Positions 9,434 through 19,510 of a stretch of DNA of 64,000 bases are shown piece by piece (position 1 is the first letter of the stretch; each line of letters starts with the position of its first letter). The stretch lies in the IMG/VR virus record IMGVR_UViG_3300014205_000173. The stretch is one strand, 5' to 3'. The notes under the pieces are model-generated. The model was not told where the DNA came from and made no database searches. It saw only the letters and a list, made by a program, of their open reading frames with translations. Source of the stretch: a virus. Lineage: Duplodnaviria > Caudoviricetes. The translations under genes and the position numbers were made by a program.

Positions 9434-9694
9434 CTAGCTTCTGGGTACTAAAATTAATGCAGATACATCTGTTTTCTTATCATAAACAGATTCTTCTGTA
9501 AATCCATCTTCAATATCTTGCTTTTCCAGACTTTCCAATCCAACTTCTCCAGAATAATCATTATAGGCTCTATATGCTCCAATATTACATTGAGATAATG
9601 GAGAATACCCATTTCCTTCTCCGTCTTTTTGAATTATAATTTCTCTATTTTGATCTACATTTTTCAATAACTTAATGAGGTCTTTTACTTTCAT
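9434..9694 (-). CDS. hypothetical phage protein
   Basis: MKVKDLIKLL..DGEGNGYSPL motif common in phage ORFs. Confidence 0.7.
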   Translation of the reverse strand: MKVKDLIKLLKNVDQNREIIIQKDGEGNGYSPLSQCNIGAYRAYNDYSGEVGLESLEKQDIEDGFTEESVYDKKTDVSALILVPRS

Positions 9695-9717
9695 TTTTAA
9701 TACACCTTTATTTGTAT

Positions 9718-10164
9718 TTAGTCTTCTAATATCGTTACAACAAACCCACCCTTCATTCTAGCAAAAAACTCTTTTTTTGGTTTAAAGTCTTTTCTAATTA
9801 AGGACTCTACCCTTTCTACTGCAAACGGAAACTTCCCTGTATTTCCAGTTGTTTCTATAACTTTTTTTGTTTTTTCAGTAATAATCAAATTCTTTACCAT
9901 ATCTATGTCATATCCTAAACATCTTTCAAAAAACCTAACAATTGCATGATCCATTACATCAGATCCTTCTTTAGAAAGAGTTTTAATTTCTTTTTCAACA
10001 ATTTTTTCCTCTTCAAGTAAATTTTTCATTTCGCTTTCCACCCTTTCTTTTTCTTGAAATAAAATTTGTTTCTTAAGTCCAATCTCTTTTCTTTTTCTTT
10101 TTAGTTCTTTCAATTCTTCATATGCTGTTTTTTGCCTTACCTTAAAGTTTTTTTTACATGTCAT
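9718..10164 (-). CDS. coiled-coil plus putative BECR/RelE-like RNase domain
   Basis: DHAIVRFFER...VVTIL C-terminal pattern. Confidence 0.5.
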   Translation of the reverse strand: MTCKKNFKVRQKTAYEELKELKRKRKEIGLKKQILFQEKERVESEMKNLLEEEKIVEKEIKTLSKEGSDVMDHAIVRFFERCLGYDIDMVKNLIITEKTKKVIETTGNTGKFPFAVERVESLIRKDFKPKKEFFARMKGGFVVTILED

Positions 10165-10193
10165 ATGGTTATCCTTCCACAGAACTTATAGGA

Positions 10194-10233
10194 AGAATAC
10201 CTGCTATGTCCATAACTGTCAAGTGTTTGGGCC
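10194..10233 (-). promoter_or_regulatory. sigma70-like promoter with GGCC box
   Basis: TTGGCC-N7-TTGACA-N17-TATTCT. Confidence 0.75.
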
Positions 10234-10240
10234 AAAAAGG

Positions 10241-11239
10241 TCAGGTGTTCTTTATTGGATTTGCAACAAAGACTTGTACCTTATAATTTCTTTGAGCGAA
10301 ATTTTCTATTTCTTTTTTATAATCTTCCCACTTACCTCCGCCCATATTACATCCAATACCGTGTGGGAATGCGACACTTTTTATGTCTTTAATTAAAGAA
10401 ATATCTTCTAAACATTTTCTAAAGTATACTAATCTATTTGTTCTACTATCTATTCCATCTTCAAATCTTGGTTTACCCGGAAAGACCTGAGACAACATAT
10501 TAATAACCTTCTCTCTTACAATAATTTGAGAAGGTTTTTGTTCCTTAGGAAGATCTTTTACTGTTGTATTTTTATTTCTAGTCTTATATATATCCGCCTC
10601 TGGATATCTCGTAAAGACTTTGTTTGCGAAACCGGCAGAATTAGATGTTAAGCAATTACATTGATGGGCAATATATTCTACATCTAAATCAAAAATATCT
10701 CCATCAACATATCTTACTTTATTTATAGGATAAGCCTTTTTCTTATTTTTGTCGATATATAATATAGTTGCTTTATTATAAGAAATATTTACAAAAGTAT
10801 CTTCTCTTTTGCCTCCATTCCCATCGGAAGAAATTCTTGTTTCATATTCTTTATTTTCAAAAGCAGCAAATATGTCTTTGGTATCAATTAAAATAACATG
10901 AAACTCATCATTTTTTCCCATTATGAAATATTTGTCTGAATCATTTTTGTTTTTTATTTTTCTATATGGGATATGAATCGTTGGAAATATTTTCTCAACT
11001 ATCTTATTGAATGCGTTTTTGTTTCTCATTTCCAATTCAATTTTAAATAGCTTTCCGTCACTCTTCCTTTTTAATAAACCATCATTTTTTTTATTTTCTT
11101 TCATTTCAACTAATTCATAAAAATTATAAAAAATATCAAGCTCTTGATCGAAAAAAAGTTTAAATCTTTCTTTTGCCTCTTTATCATTCTCATAAAGAGT
11201 CTCTGTGAATAATAATGTATCTTCAACTATTTCTGTCAT
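10241..11239 (-). CDS. putative PD-(D/E)xK-like domain fused to macro domain
   Basis: N-term D..IELEMR; C-term DGDIFD..IAHQCNC..GFA..VAFPHGIGCNMGGGKW macro signature. Confidence 0.8.
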   Translation of the reverse strand: MTEIVEDTLLFTETLYENDKEAKERFKLFFDQELDIFYNFYELVEMKENKKNDGLLKRKSDGKLFKIELEMRNKNAFNKIVEKIFPTIHIPYRKIKNKNDSDKYFIMGKNDEFHVILIDTKDIFAAFENKEYETRISSDGNGGKREDTFVNISYNKATILYIDKNKKKAYPINKVRYVDGDIFDLDVEYIAHQCNCLTSNSAGFANKVFTRYPEADIYKTRNKNTTVKDLPKEQKPSQIIVREKVINMLSQVFPGKPRFEDGIDSRTNRLVYFRKCLEDISLIKDIKSVAFPHGIGCNMGGGKWEDYKKEIENFAQRNYKVQVFVANPIKNT

Positions 11240-11396
11240 TTTCTTTTCTTTTTTTTAAAGTTTCTATTAAAAAGATTTTGTCTTCTTCAGATAAATTTGA
11301 CCATTCTTTTATCTCATCAATAGTTCTTCCGCAACCAATACAAACATTGCTTTTTAAAATACAATTATTAACACATGGAGAATTATTCTTTTTCAT
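11223..11396 (-). CDS. DUF1289/YdhL-like small Cys-rich protein (57 aa, missing from ORF track)
   Basis: MKKNNSPCVNNCILKSNVCIGCGRTIDEIKEWSNLSEEDK. Confidence 0.85.
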   Translation of the reverse strand: MKKNNSPCVNNCILKSNVCIGCGRTIDEIKEWSNLSEEDKIFLIETLKKRKENDRNS

Positions 11397-11823
11397 ACTC
11401 TTCCTTAAGTTTTAAGTAAAGCTTTCTCCTATTTTCTTCTGACTGTTTTTTCCTTTCATTATCAAGCTCAATATGTCTTTGTCTAAGTCTTTCTTCTTCA
11501 ATTTCTTTTTCTTTTTTTATTTCAATATTTGCTTTTTCCATAGAAGTTGTAACTAAATCTTTAAAAAAGTCAGAAGACTTTATTTCATAATTCAAGGCAG
11601 CATCACAATAAGGAATATTTCCATTTTCGCTAATAATACAAAAATCAACACTTCTATTATACTTAATAGCATTCATTTGTTCTTCAAGTAAAAGTTCTTT
11701 TAACTTTTCAAAGTCTAAATTATTATACACAGAACAGTCACAAAAACAGCTATCGCTACTAAAGCGATCATAATCTTCAGTAACATAAGAGACCAATATA
11801 TATGCCATATTAAAAAACTCCAT
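11383..11823 (-). CDS. hypothetical protein with C-terminal coiled coil
   Basis: ORF, RRKLYLKLKEEYE tail. Confidence 0.65.
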   Translation of the reverse strand: MEFFNMAYILVSYVTEDYDRFSSDSCFCDCSVYNNLDFEKLKELLLEEQMNAIKYNRSVDFCIISENGNIPYCDAALNYEIKSSDFFKDLVTTSMEKANIEIKKEKEIEEERLRQRHIELDNERKKQSEENRRKLYLKLKEEYEKE

Positions 11824-11834
11824 TTACAATATTC

Positions 11835-12326
11835 TTAAAACATTCTTTCTGTTTTCTTACCACCAATTATATTCATGGACTCTTCACTTAGAACATGAAA
11901 CCAATGTCCACAAAGGCAATGAAAACCCTTCCCCCCTGTTTCCTCACAAGTTTCTCTTGATATTGAAATATATTTCCCTATAATAGAATACACTTCTTCT
12001 TCAATTTCTTTTGGAATTTCTGATACATAAAACCTAAGTTCAGCCCATTTTTCTTTAACTTGAAAACAAACTATTGGTTTCTCATTTCTTTTAATTAAAC
12101 TTACATTTATTTCTTCTAATTCTTTAGAAAGATTATCTATTAATTTTAACCATCCAACGGGAGGATTAAAACCACATTTAACATTACTGTAAAGCAATGG
12201 ATATTTTTCCAATATTGCTTTATAAGACAATTCTGAATTAGCATATAACTTATCACATACAACTTTGTTAAATATTATTTCTTTTGAATTGTTTTTTAAA
12301 CTATTTATTGAGTCATTGTTTGTCAT
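11835..12326 (-). CDS. conserved phage hypothetical protein
   Basis: GWxxLI..QVKEKWAELRFY..CEETG motif. Confidence 0.7.
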   Translation of the reverse strand: MTNNDSINSLKNNSKEIIFNKVVCDKLYANSELSYKAILEKYPLLYSNVKCGFNPPVGWLKLIDNLSKELEEINVSLIKRNEKPIVCFQVKEKWAELRFYVSEIPKEIEEEVYSIIGKYISISRETCEETGGKGFHCLCGHWFHVLSEESMNIIGGKKTERMF

Positions 12327-12345
12327 GATTAAGTCTCCTATAATC

Positions 12346-12774
12346 TTAAAGAGACTCTTTTACAATTGAATTTGCTTTTTTCCCATCATATTGTCCATTG
12401 AAATTTTCAACCAAATACTTCATAACTAAGCCAATTGATTTTGGTCCCTTTTTTTCTAATGGAATAGTAGAAATAAAATCTAAGATTTTACTTCGAAGAT
12501 CGTCATCGGTTAGTTGTGTAGGTAGATATTTGTTTAAAATAGAAATTTCAGTTTCAGCTTCTTTGCTTCCAGTAATATCAAGATTTTCTTGCACATTCTT
12601 TTTCAATCTTTTAACTGCCTCTAAAACCTGAACATCAGAAGGAAGCTCAACCTTACTTTCTTTAGCAATTAATTGTGCATTAGATATCAATAACGAAAGT
12701 AAGTTCTTCTTTATAACATCTTTATTCTTCATAGACTGAATGAAGTCATCTTTTAACTCTTTAATTAGGCTCAT
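12346..12774 (-). CDS. GatB/YqeY domain protein (start MSLIKEL)
   Basis: AMK/SMK..D..LL, EISILNKYLPTQL, IGLVMK, DGK. Confidence 0.85.
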   Translation of the reverse strand: MSLIKELKDDFIQSMKNKDVIKKNLLSLLISNAQLIAKESKVELPSDVQVLEAVKRLKKNVQENLDITGSKEAETEISILNKYLPTQLTDDDLRSKILDFISTIPLEKKGPKSIGLVMKYLVENFNGQYDGKKANSIVKESL

Positions 12775-12814
12775 TTGAATTCTCCATTTTTTAATTTTAG
12801 TAATACTAACATAA

Positions 12815-12857
12815 TTAGTACAGAAACAGTATGTTTTAGTCAACTATAAAATAGGCC
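12815..12857 (-). promoter_or_regulatory. sigma70-like promoter with GGCC box
   Basis: TTGGCC-N10-TTGACT-N17-TACTAA(T), TG extended. Confidence 0.65.
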
Positions 12858-12864
12858 AAAACAA

Positions 12865-13464
12865 TCAAGATAACTCTGTTGGGTTAATTTTTAAAAAAAT
12901 TTGGTTTAATTCCAATTCGCTTTTTCCATCAAGAGACCATTCTCCATCAAGATCTACTTCATTCCAAAAAAAGCCACTTTCTTCCATCTTATATTTTATT
13001 TTATTCTTCAAGGAATTACAACGCATTTCATCAACTTCAGTTGTATCTAAAGAAACTTCTTTACCGCAAATATAATCATATATATCTTCTGTTAAAAAAG
13101 TATAAGCTTCATCATTCCTGTTACATGGATTTATTTTCGACGGAGTGTAATTTAAAAAAGTAAAACTTTTAGATTCTTTATTGAAAGCTAATATTGGAGT
13201 TACAGTTCCATCATTTTCATTAAAAAAATCATGAGTTCTACAAACTTCTTCAAGAATTTCCTTGTAAGTAAAACCTTTAAGTGCGAACTGATCTTTATTG
13301 TCATTTCTAATAAATAACTTAAATCTTAATCTATAGAGAATTTGAATTGCCTCAGGAAGATATTCATCCTTTGGAGCACCCATTGCCCTAAATTTAGATA
13401 TATCGTGTTTGTACAAAATTGCTGATATCATTTCTTTTGTTTCTTTGGACTTAAGCGATCTCAT
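12865..13464 (-). CDS. hypothetical protein (N-terminus DUF1871-like)
   Basis: D...GAPKDEYLPEAxxI. Confidence 0.55.
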   Translation of the reverse strand: MRSLKSKETKEMISAILYKHDISKFRAMGAPKDEYLPEAIQILYRLRFKLFIRNDNKDQFALKGFTYKEILEEVCRTHDFFNENDGTVTPILAFNKESKSFTFLNYTPSKINPCNRNDEAYTFLTEDIYDYICGKEVSLDTTEVDEMRCNSLKNKIKYKMEESGFFWNEVDLDGEWSLDGKSELELNQIFLKINPTELS

Positions 13465-13471
13465 AAATTCC

Positions 13472-14686
13472 TCAATATTTTGTAATATATATTTTTGTTT
13501 TAAGACAGAATTTGTTTACTATTTCTAATTCTTTTCCTGTTGGTGCTCTATTTGCCTTACCTGCTGCCTGAACAATTGCGTTACCTCTTATCTCTAATGT
13601 CAATATCCTTTCTCCATTTTTAGTCATTGACCAAATAGAACAATCTCCTCTTACACAAGATTCCAAATAACTTATTACACAGTGTCTTAAAGCCATCCCT
13701 TCACGTTTCAAATTTTCACCACATAGTATTTGTTTGATTTCCCATATAGTATAATTAGAATCTTCAATATGTTCTTCAAAAATAAAGTCAGGAACATTAA
13801 TCCCATTCCAATTTACCTTGCTGTTTATATTTTTAATTTTATTCATATCGTCATGCCATTTTACAGCTTCTATCAATACATTTTCTATTGTTCTTCCTTT
13901 CATTGTAAAGTTTTCATTATGAAAAACATTATTCCTGTTAAATTTTCTATCAAAAGCCCAATCAAAAATTTCAATAAATTTATTTGGGTCAAGCATTCTA
14001 TGTGGAACAAACCATCTCATAAGATCTATAAAAAAGTCTTCTTCTTCTTTTGTTGATTTAATTGTTGATCTAATCATTCTTTGAAGATATAAAATTCCAC
14101 GAGAACTAGCCATATTTCCACCCAAGCTAACAAACTGAGCAATTCTAAGTGCTTGTGATGGATGATATTTTGAATTTGATTTAGAAAACAAATGAGCTTG
14201 TCTTTTAGTTATTGGTATTGGTGAAGTCTTAACTATGCTTTCTCCTCTTGCAAGCATAAAAAACCAAACAAACCAGCCTTCAGTATAAGCAGTTGCAAGC
14301 GATGAATCTTCCCAAATATTTCTCCAGAAAAATGGCATTTTATACTCAACAAATAAATGATCCACAAGTTGAAAAAAATGAGAATCAGGACTTTTACCAC
14401 AAAAAACAACATCTTCCAAATTTCTTATATAATAATCTTTGTATTTAACTATACGTTCCAATCCTTTAAAAAAACGTGAATACATTGGAAGTTTAGTTCT
14501 TTTTTTTTCTAAAAACTTAATAAGATCAAAAAAATCTGATCTATACTTCGAATCTAACAATAAGGATGGATATTTCCTATAAAAAACCTTTTCAATGTCT
14601 TCTTCTTTAACAAGAATATTTCTGAAAAGATTTTTCGCTTGTATTTCTTTTATCCTTTTTTCTTCTCTAAGTGTTTTGTTAGTCAT
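13472..14686 (-). CDS. PcfJ-like domain protein
   Basis: WH..; LKREGMALRHCVISY..CSIWSM..TLEI..IVQAAGKANR. Confidence 0.85.
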   Translation of the reverse strand: MTNKTLREEKRIKEIQAKNLFRNILVKEEDIEKVFYRKYPSLLLDSKYRSDFFDLIKFLEKKRTKLPMYSRFFKGLERIVKYKDYYIRNLEDVVFCGKSPDSHFFQLVDHLFVEYKMPFFWRNIWEDSSLATAYTEGWFVWFFMLARGESIVKTSPIPITKRQAHLFSKSNSKYHPSQALRIAQFVSLGGNMASSRGILYLQRMIRSTIKSTKEEEDFFIDLMRWFVPHRMLDPNKFIEIFDWAFDRKFNRNNVFHNENFTMKGRTIENVLIEAVKWHDDMNKIKNINSKVNWNGINVPDFIFEEHIEDSNYTIWEIKQILCGENLKREGMALRHCVISYLESCVRGDCSIWSMTKNGERILTLEIRGNAIVQAAGKANRAPTGKELEIVNKFCLKTKIYITKY

Positions 14687-16697
14687 ATTTTTTCACTATA
14701 AAGTTGTTAAAATGACCAAGACCTAAATTCTTTCTTCTACTATTAAAAGCTCTTTTGCTTAAATAAAAACAAACGTTTAAATCTAAATTCTTCCATGGAT
14801 TTTCAATTTTTTCATCCATTGGATCTAACCTATTTAGAATGTGGTTTCCATTATAAGGATCTTCTTTATAAAAGTTTTGCAAAAAAACAGGTAACTCATC
14901 TATTTTTTTATTACAAATTTTAGAAATAGATTCTGCTGTAGATACATAAAAGAATCCGACGATAGAAGCTTGCGTTTTGTTTTCAAAACACAATCTTTTA
15001 TTATGTTCCTTTGTATAAAAAGAAATCGGGCTAGGGAAAAATAAACTACTATGAGAAATAGAAACAACTTCTAGTATATTTCCTGTTACTTTTTTAGAAT
15101 GATCAAACCTACATACATCATCTGTCTCCTGAGTTACGCCTTCAAAGTATAATTTTGCAATAGAATTTAAAATATTTTCTTTATTCTCTAAGATACACTT
15201 TTTATACCAATCTACTATCTCTTCTCTCTTCTCTTCAAACTCTTTTTTTGCTAGTTCATAAACTATTTGTGACTGATTGTATCTGGCAATATATCTTACA
15301 TCTTTTTCCATATTTCTTTTTTCTGAAAATTCTGTTACATTAAAAAATTGAATTTCATTTAAAGAATCTTTGTTACCAAACAATTTAATTGACTCTTCTT
15401 GCAAAAAAGTTAGAGGGCTTTCTTTTTTATCACAAGAAGAAATAAGTCTCTCATTGTTAAATCCGATTAGATTTAATAGATTCTCTGGAACCTTATCTGA
15501 GTATCTTTCTTCCATCCAACTATTAAATCTTTTTGGAGCATGTTGATAGTCTCCATCGTGCTCTTCTAATCCCAAATCTTCTGATTTGAATTTTTTAATT
15601 TCAATAAAATCATTTTTATTAATTTTAAGAGAAGTTCTTTCTTCTAATGTTGTTGGATTTAAAACCATTTCTCCAGTATATGACAATTCTTCACATTGAA
15701 AATCTTTTTTAAAGAATTTTTCTCTAATTAGTTCAAACATCATTACTATCCAAATAAATTGTTCTGGTTCACTATCCTTTATTGTTGCCAAAGGAAAGGC
15801 GACTGTATTGTATGGAACCAATCCGTTCTGATCTTTTACTACATATTCGAATGACGAATTACCAGTTGGAGAATATTCTAAAAAATGATATGGAAAATGA
15901 TATTTAAACGCCCTTTCTCGAAACAAGCGATCAGGTCTTCTTAAAATATATTTCTGCCCGGGATAAACAAAATTCTCTTTATCAGAAATAACATAAATAT
16001 TTTCTCCTGATTTTATTAAGAATGCAAAATAAGAAAAAAGCCCTTCTTCTAAATCACGAATTAAACAAAGTGTAACCCCAGACATTTTTTGATTAGCAGC
16101 AGAAACAATTGCAGAATTTATATTCCAAAACTGAAAAACAGTATCTTGATAAGAAAAATTGTCTTCATTTTTACCTTTAGAAAACTGAGAAGTTGTAAGT
16201 TTGTCAAGAGCCAAAAGAGCATCCTTTCTCAAGTATGCCATTTCTGCCGGATTTTCAATATATTTTAAAAGATTATTTTCCCATACAACTTTTTCTTCCT
16301 TGGAAAGCTTAGAATCACCAACACTATATGTTTTTGTAACATCTTTTATCTTAACAATAAAAGAATCTACTGCTTCTTTTATATTAGGAGAATTTATTTT
16401 AGAAATTAAACTTGAAATCTCATTTATTTTATTAATTGAGGCTTTGTCTTTATTTATTATATCTAAAACTGAAATTTTTGTCTCAACAGATACTTCTTCA
16501 AAAAATGCCATAAGAATCATGGCGGTTGTAAGCCCAGTAAAATCCAAATCCTGAGTATTCTTTAAAATTTTATAGCTTTCTTCAATTTCATATCTTTTAA
16601 TTTTAGAACCTTCACAAAATTTTACCCACATTTCGAGGCATTCGTTTAATGTCTCATTAATATTTTTTTCACGATTATCTTGTTCTATAAATTCCAT
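14679..16697 (-). CDS. large hypothetical protein (672 aa)
   Basis: long ORF, no motif recognised. Confidence 0.7.
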   Translation of the reverse strand: MEFIEQDNREKNINETLNECLEMWVKFCEGSKIKRYEIEESYKILKNTQDLDFTGLTTAMILMAFFEEVSVETKISVLDIINKDKASINKINEISSLISKINSPNIKEAVDSFIVKIKDVTKTYSVGDSKLSKEEKVVWENNLLKYIENPAEMAYLRKDALLALDKLTTSQFSKGKNEDNFSYQDTVFQFWNINSAIVSAANQKMSGVTLCLIRDLEEGLFSYFAFLIKSGENIYVISDKENFVYPGQKYILRRPDRLFRERAFKYHFPYHFLEYSPTGNSSFEYVVKDQNGLVPYNTVAFPLATIKDSEPEQFIWIVMMFELIREKFFKKDFQCEELSYTGEMVLNPTTLEERTSLKINKNDFIEIKKFKSEDLGLEEHDGDYQHAPKRFNSWMEERYSDKVPENLLNLIGFNNERLISSCDKKESPLTFLQEESIKLFGNKDSLNEIQFFNVTEFSEKRNMEKDVRYIARYNQSQIVYELAKKEFEEKREEIVDWYKKCILENKENILNSIAKLYFEGVTQETDDVCRFDHSKKVTGNILEVVSISHSSLFFPSPISFYTKEHNKRLCFENKTQASIVGFFYVSTAESISKICNKKIDELPVFLQNFYKEDPYNGNHILNRLDPMDEKIENPWKNLDLNVCFYLSKRAFNSRRKNLGLGHFNNFIVKKYD

Positions 16698-16774
16698 AAA
16701 ATCTGTCCAATAAAAATAGGGAGATCTAAATCAAATCTCCCCACAGTATTCCAATTTTAGATAACCAAGTAAAG

Positions 16775-17623
16775 CTATAAGGCCACTTTCTTTCGCAAAT
16801 CAAGAATCATGTAATATTTTTCGTACTCTTCTTGTACTAAATAAACTAATATGTTTTTAGAATCCGATTTACAAGTAAATGGACCTCCTGAAATAAACCC
16901 TGAGTTTTCAAAATCTTCACTACAAATACTAACAAGACTTTCAGACCAAAAAATACTCTCCTCTTCAGAAGACTCACACCAATAATTTTCAGTTTTATCA
17001 ACAAAAATAACTTTCTCTGCCGGGTTATAAGTTATTCCAAACAAATCACATAACCCATGAATTGATGTTGAATATTCTGTTATTAACTTTTTTACTTTCA
17101 TATTTTCCTCTTTTTCTTTATATAACCTCAATGTTTCAGTAGACGACAAATCTAAAAGGCCAAGAATATGACTGTCTGAAAATTCATTTGCATTAATCTC
17201 TTCCTTTAAAGTTCTTTTTGAGTTGTAATATACACCTTCTATTGGTATTATTATTCTCAAGTCTGGATTTTTATCCAATAAACAAATAACAGTGTTTCTA
17301 TAACAAGCTCTATAGTATCCTCCAATTAAATAAATACTTTCTTTACAATAAATATCTACAATTCCACCGGGACCATAGACAGAATAATCATACAATACAT
17401 TATATTCCCACTTATCTTTTGCTGATGATTTAATCCAAATTACTGTGTCTTTATTTTCTATAAAAGAATTTATAAAAGAATCTATCTTTTTACTTCCTTC
17501 ATAAGATGAAGGATGTACTACAACTATAACCCTATTTTTAAAAGGCTCAAAAATACGATACGGCAACTCTGAAGAAAAACAAAGGAAGGGAAATATTAAG
17601 AATATTATAAACAACAGTTTCAT
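16775..17623 (-). CDS. exported hypothetical protein; probably two genes or internal start at 17101
   Basis: signal-peptide-like N-terminus; internal GAGG-N4-ATG (MKVKKL). Confidence 0.55.
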   Translation of the reverse strand: MKLLFIIFLIFPFLCFSSELPYRIFEPFKNRVIVVVHPSSYEGSKKIDSFINSFIENKDTVIWIKSSAKDKWEYNVLYDYSVYGPGGIVDIYCKESIYLIGGYYRACYRNTVICLLDKNPDLRIIIPIEGVYYNSKRTLKEEINANEFSDSHILGLLDLSSTETLRLYKEKEENMKVKKLITEYSTSIHGLCDLFGITYNPAEKVIFVDKTENYWCESSEEESIFWSESLVSICSEDFENSGFISGGPFTCKSDSKNILVYLVQEEYEKYYMILDLRKKVAL

Positions 17624-17696
17624 AAAAACACCTTAACTGTTGTTTACATTAATTACATAAAATATCCTTTAAAATTAATTTTTCATTTATATAATA

Positions 17697-18251
17697 TTAG
17701 TTTACCTCTAAACAACCATGTGTATAATAAATTCTATTATTATTTTTATCATGTTCATATTTATACCAATTACCATTAGAATATTCTTCTTTAATTAAAT
17801 TGTTATTTGAATCATATTCGTATTTTATCCAAGAACCATCATGACCTTCATATTTAATTCTATTGTTATTTTTGTCGTATTCATATCTTTCCCAAAAGCC
17901 ACTAGAAGTTTCATATTTAATATAATTGCCTTTATCATCAAAATATTTCTTAAAATATTTCTTACTATTATATTTTTCTACAATTAAATTAGATAAATTA
18001 ACTTCTTCCAAAATCTTAATTTTATTTGTAACAGACTTATCCTCTCTACTATCAATATCCCCTAAAGCTTCTACCTTAAATATTTTAAGATTTTTATTTG
18101 GAGAATAATAGTTAAACACATCAATTAAATCTTGACAGAAATGAAACCCATTTTTACATATTTCCAATTCACCATCTAAAGTATAGGTTTCTCCAACTTT
18201 ATAGAGTTGGTTCAAACAATATCCATTATAAGTTGCCTTATAGCCAATCAT
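17697..18251 (-). CDS. MIGYKAT/GFHFC-head protein with YD-like repeats, copy 2
   Basis: same head, about 4 repeats. Confidence 0.8.
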   Translation of the reverse strand: MIGYKATYNGYCLNQLYKVGETYTLDGELEICKNGFHFCQDLIDVFNYYSPNKNLKIFKVEALGDIDSREDKSVTNKIKILEEVNLSNLIVEKYNSKKYFKKYFDDKGNYIKYETSSGFWERYEYDKNNNRIKYEGHDGSWIKYEYDSNNNLIKEEYSNGNWYKYEHDKNNNRIYYTHGCLEVN

Positions 18252-18264
18252 ATACTTATCCTTA

Positions 18265-18714
18265 TCAAAATTCTAACATTTCAAAAAAATCGTAGCTATC
18301 ATTTGTTTTAAAATAAATATTATTTTCTTTTTTAATATTAAATCTTTTTACATTTTCTTTACTGTTGCATTCATGATGAAAATATGATCCACAAGACGAA
18401 TAATTATAACATTCATTTCTGTTTCTAAAAACAAGCAAATAACAGTTACATTTAGAACAAATTTTATTTTCAATTATTAAAACTGAATTTTCATATATAA
18501 AATTTAAAAGGTTTTTTCCAAAATCTTTTCCTATTAATTCTACTGGCTCTTTAAATTTAATACCAAAACGATCTATCTTTGAAATTTTCCAGTATCTTTT
18601 TATTATTTCAACGTCATCTTCTTTTAATTTTTCTGTTAAGAAAAGAATTTTCCCACTATTTTTTAAATCTTTAGAAAAATTAAGGTTTTTAGCCAAATTA
18701 GATAACATTGCCAT
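18265..18714 (-). CDS. hypothetical protein, possible Zn finger, acidic-aromatic tail
   Basis: CSKC...HHEC; ends YDFFEMLEF. Confidence 0.6.
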   Translation of the reverse strand: MAMLSNLAKNLNFSKDLKNSGKILFLTEKLKEDDVEIIKRYWKISKIDRFGIKFKEPVELIGKDFGKNLLNFIYENSVLIIENKICSKCNCYLLVFRNRNECYNYSSCGSYFHHECNSKENVKRFNIKKENNIYFKTNDSYDFFEMLEF

Positions 18715-18726
18715 ATTTTTTCCATT

Positions 18727-19209
18727 CTATTTTATTCTATCTGTACTACCAAATCCATTTTCTCCACGGTCAGTAGCTTCAAATTCTTCTACAATTTCAA
18801 ATTTTGGAAGATACACCATTTCAAATAAAAGTTGAGCTATTCTATCTTCAACCTTTATTTCAACAGAATTATCTGTAGTATTGTGTAAAATAACTTTCAA
18901 TGGACCAGTATAGTTTTGGTCTACTATACCTGGAGAATTTAAAACTTCAACACCATTTTTTGCTGCCATTCCAGACCTACAACAAACCTTACATACTAAA
19001 GCAGTTTTTTCGAATTCTTCAGTATCTTCATAGACAAATCTCCAAAGATTTATATTAATACCAGTGTCTACTACAACAGTAGAATGTGGTAGAATTATAA
19101 CATTTTCAATAGAAAAAACATCATATCCAGCATCATTACTATGAGACTGTTTTGGTAGTTTTGCTTCTGAATGTCTTTTTTTTACTTTAACAATATAATC
19201 AAAATTCAT
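18727..19209 (-). CDS. dut: trimeric dUTPase
   Basis: AGYD, RSG, PGIVDQNYTG, RIAQ, RGENGFGST. Confidence 0.95.
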   Translation of the reverse strand: MNFDYIVKVKKRHSEAKLPKQSHSNDAGYDVFSIENVIILPHSTVVVDTGININLWRFVYEDTEEFEKTALVCKVCCRSGMAAKNGVEVLNSPGIVDQNYTGPLKVILHNTTDNSVEIKVEDRIAQLLFEMVYLPKFEIVEEFEATDRGENGFGSTDRIK

Positions 19210-19499
19210 TTTAATTTCCTTGGTTGGTCTATTCCATCAGTATCATTTGTAGCAAAAAATTCTTCCCAATGTCTAACTCTCCACTCAAAACCAGCAGAAA
19301 TAAGCTGGTTTTCTGGGCTTAAAGTTTCATAAATATTTATATTGTGATTTTCACAATCAATCCATTTGAACTTAAAAACCTCCTCTAAAATTCTATCACG
19401 AACTCTTATGCTTGGTTTGTAATTCATTATTCCAAACACAATATTATCTTTCTGCTCTTCAGAAAGCTCATTTAAATTTTGTATAGTAATATTTTTCAT
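19206..19499 (-). CDS. hypothetical protein
   Basis: ORF coupled to dut. Confidence 0.6.
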   Translation of the reverse strand: MKNITIQNLNELSEEQKDNIVFGIMNYKPSIRVRDRILEEVFKFKWIDCENHNINIYETLSPENQLISAGFEWRVRHWEEFFATNDTDGIDQPRKLK

Positions 19500-19510
19500 T
19501 TAAACTAAAT

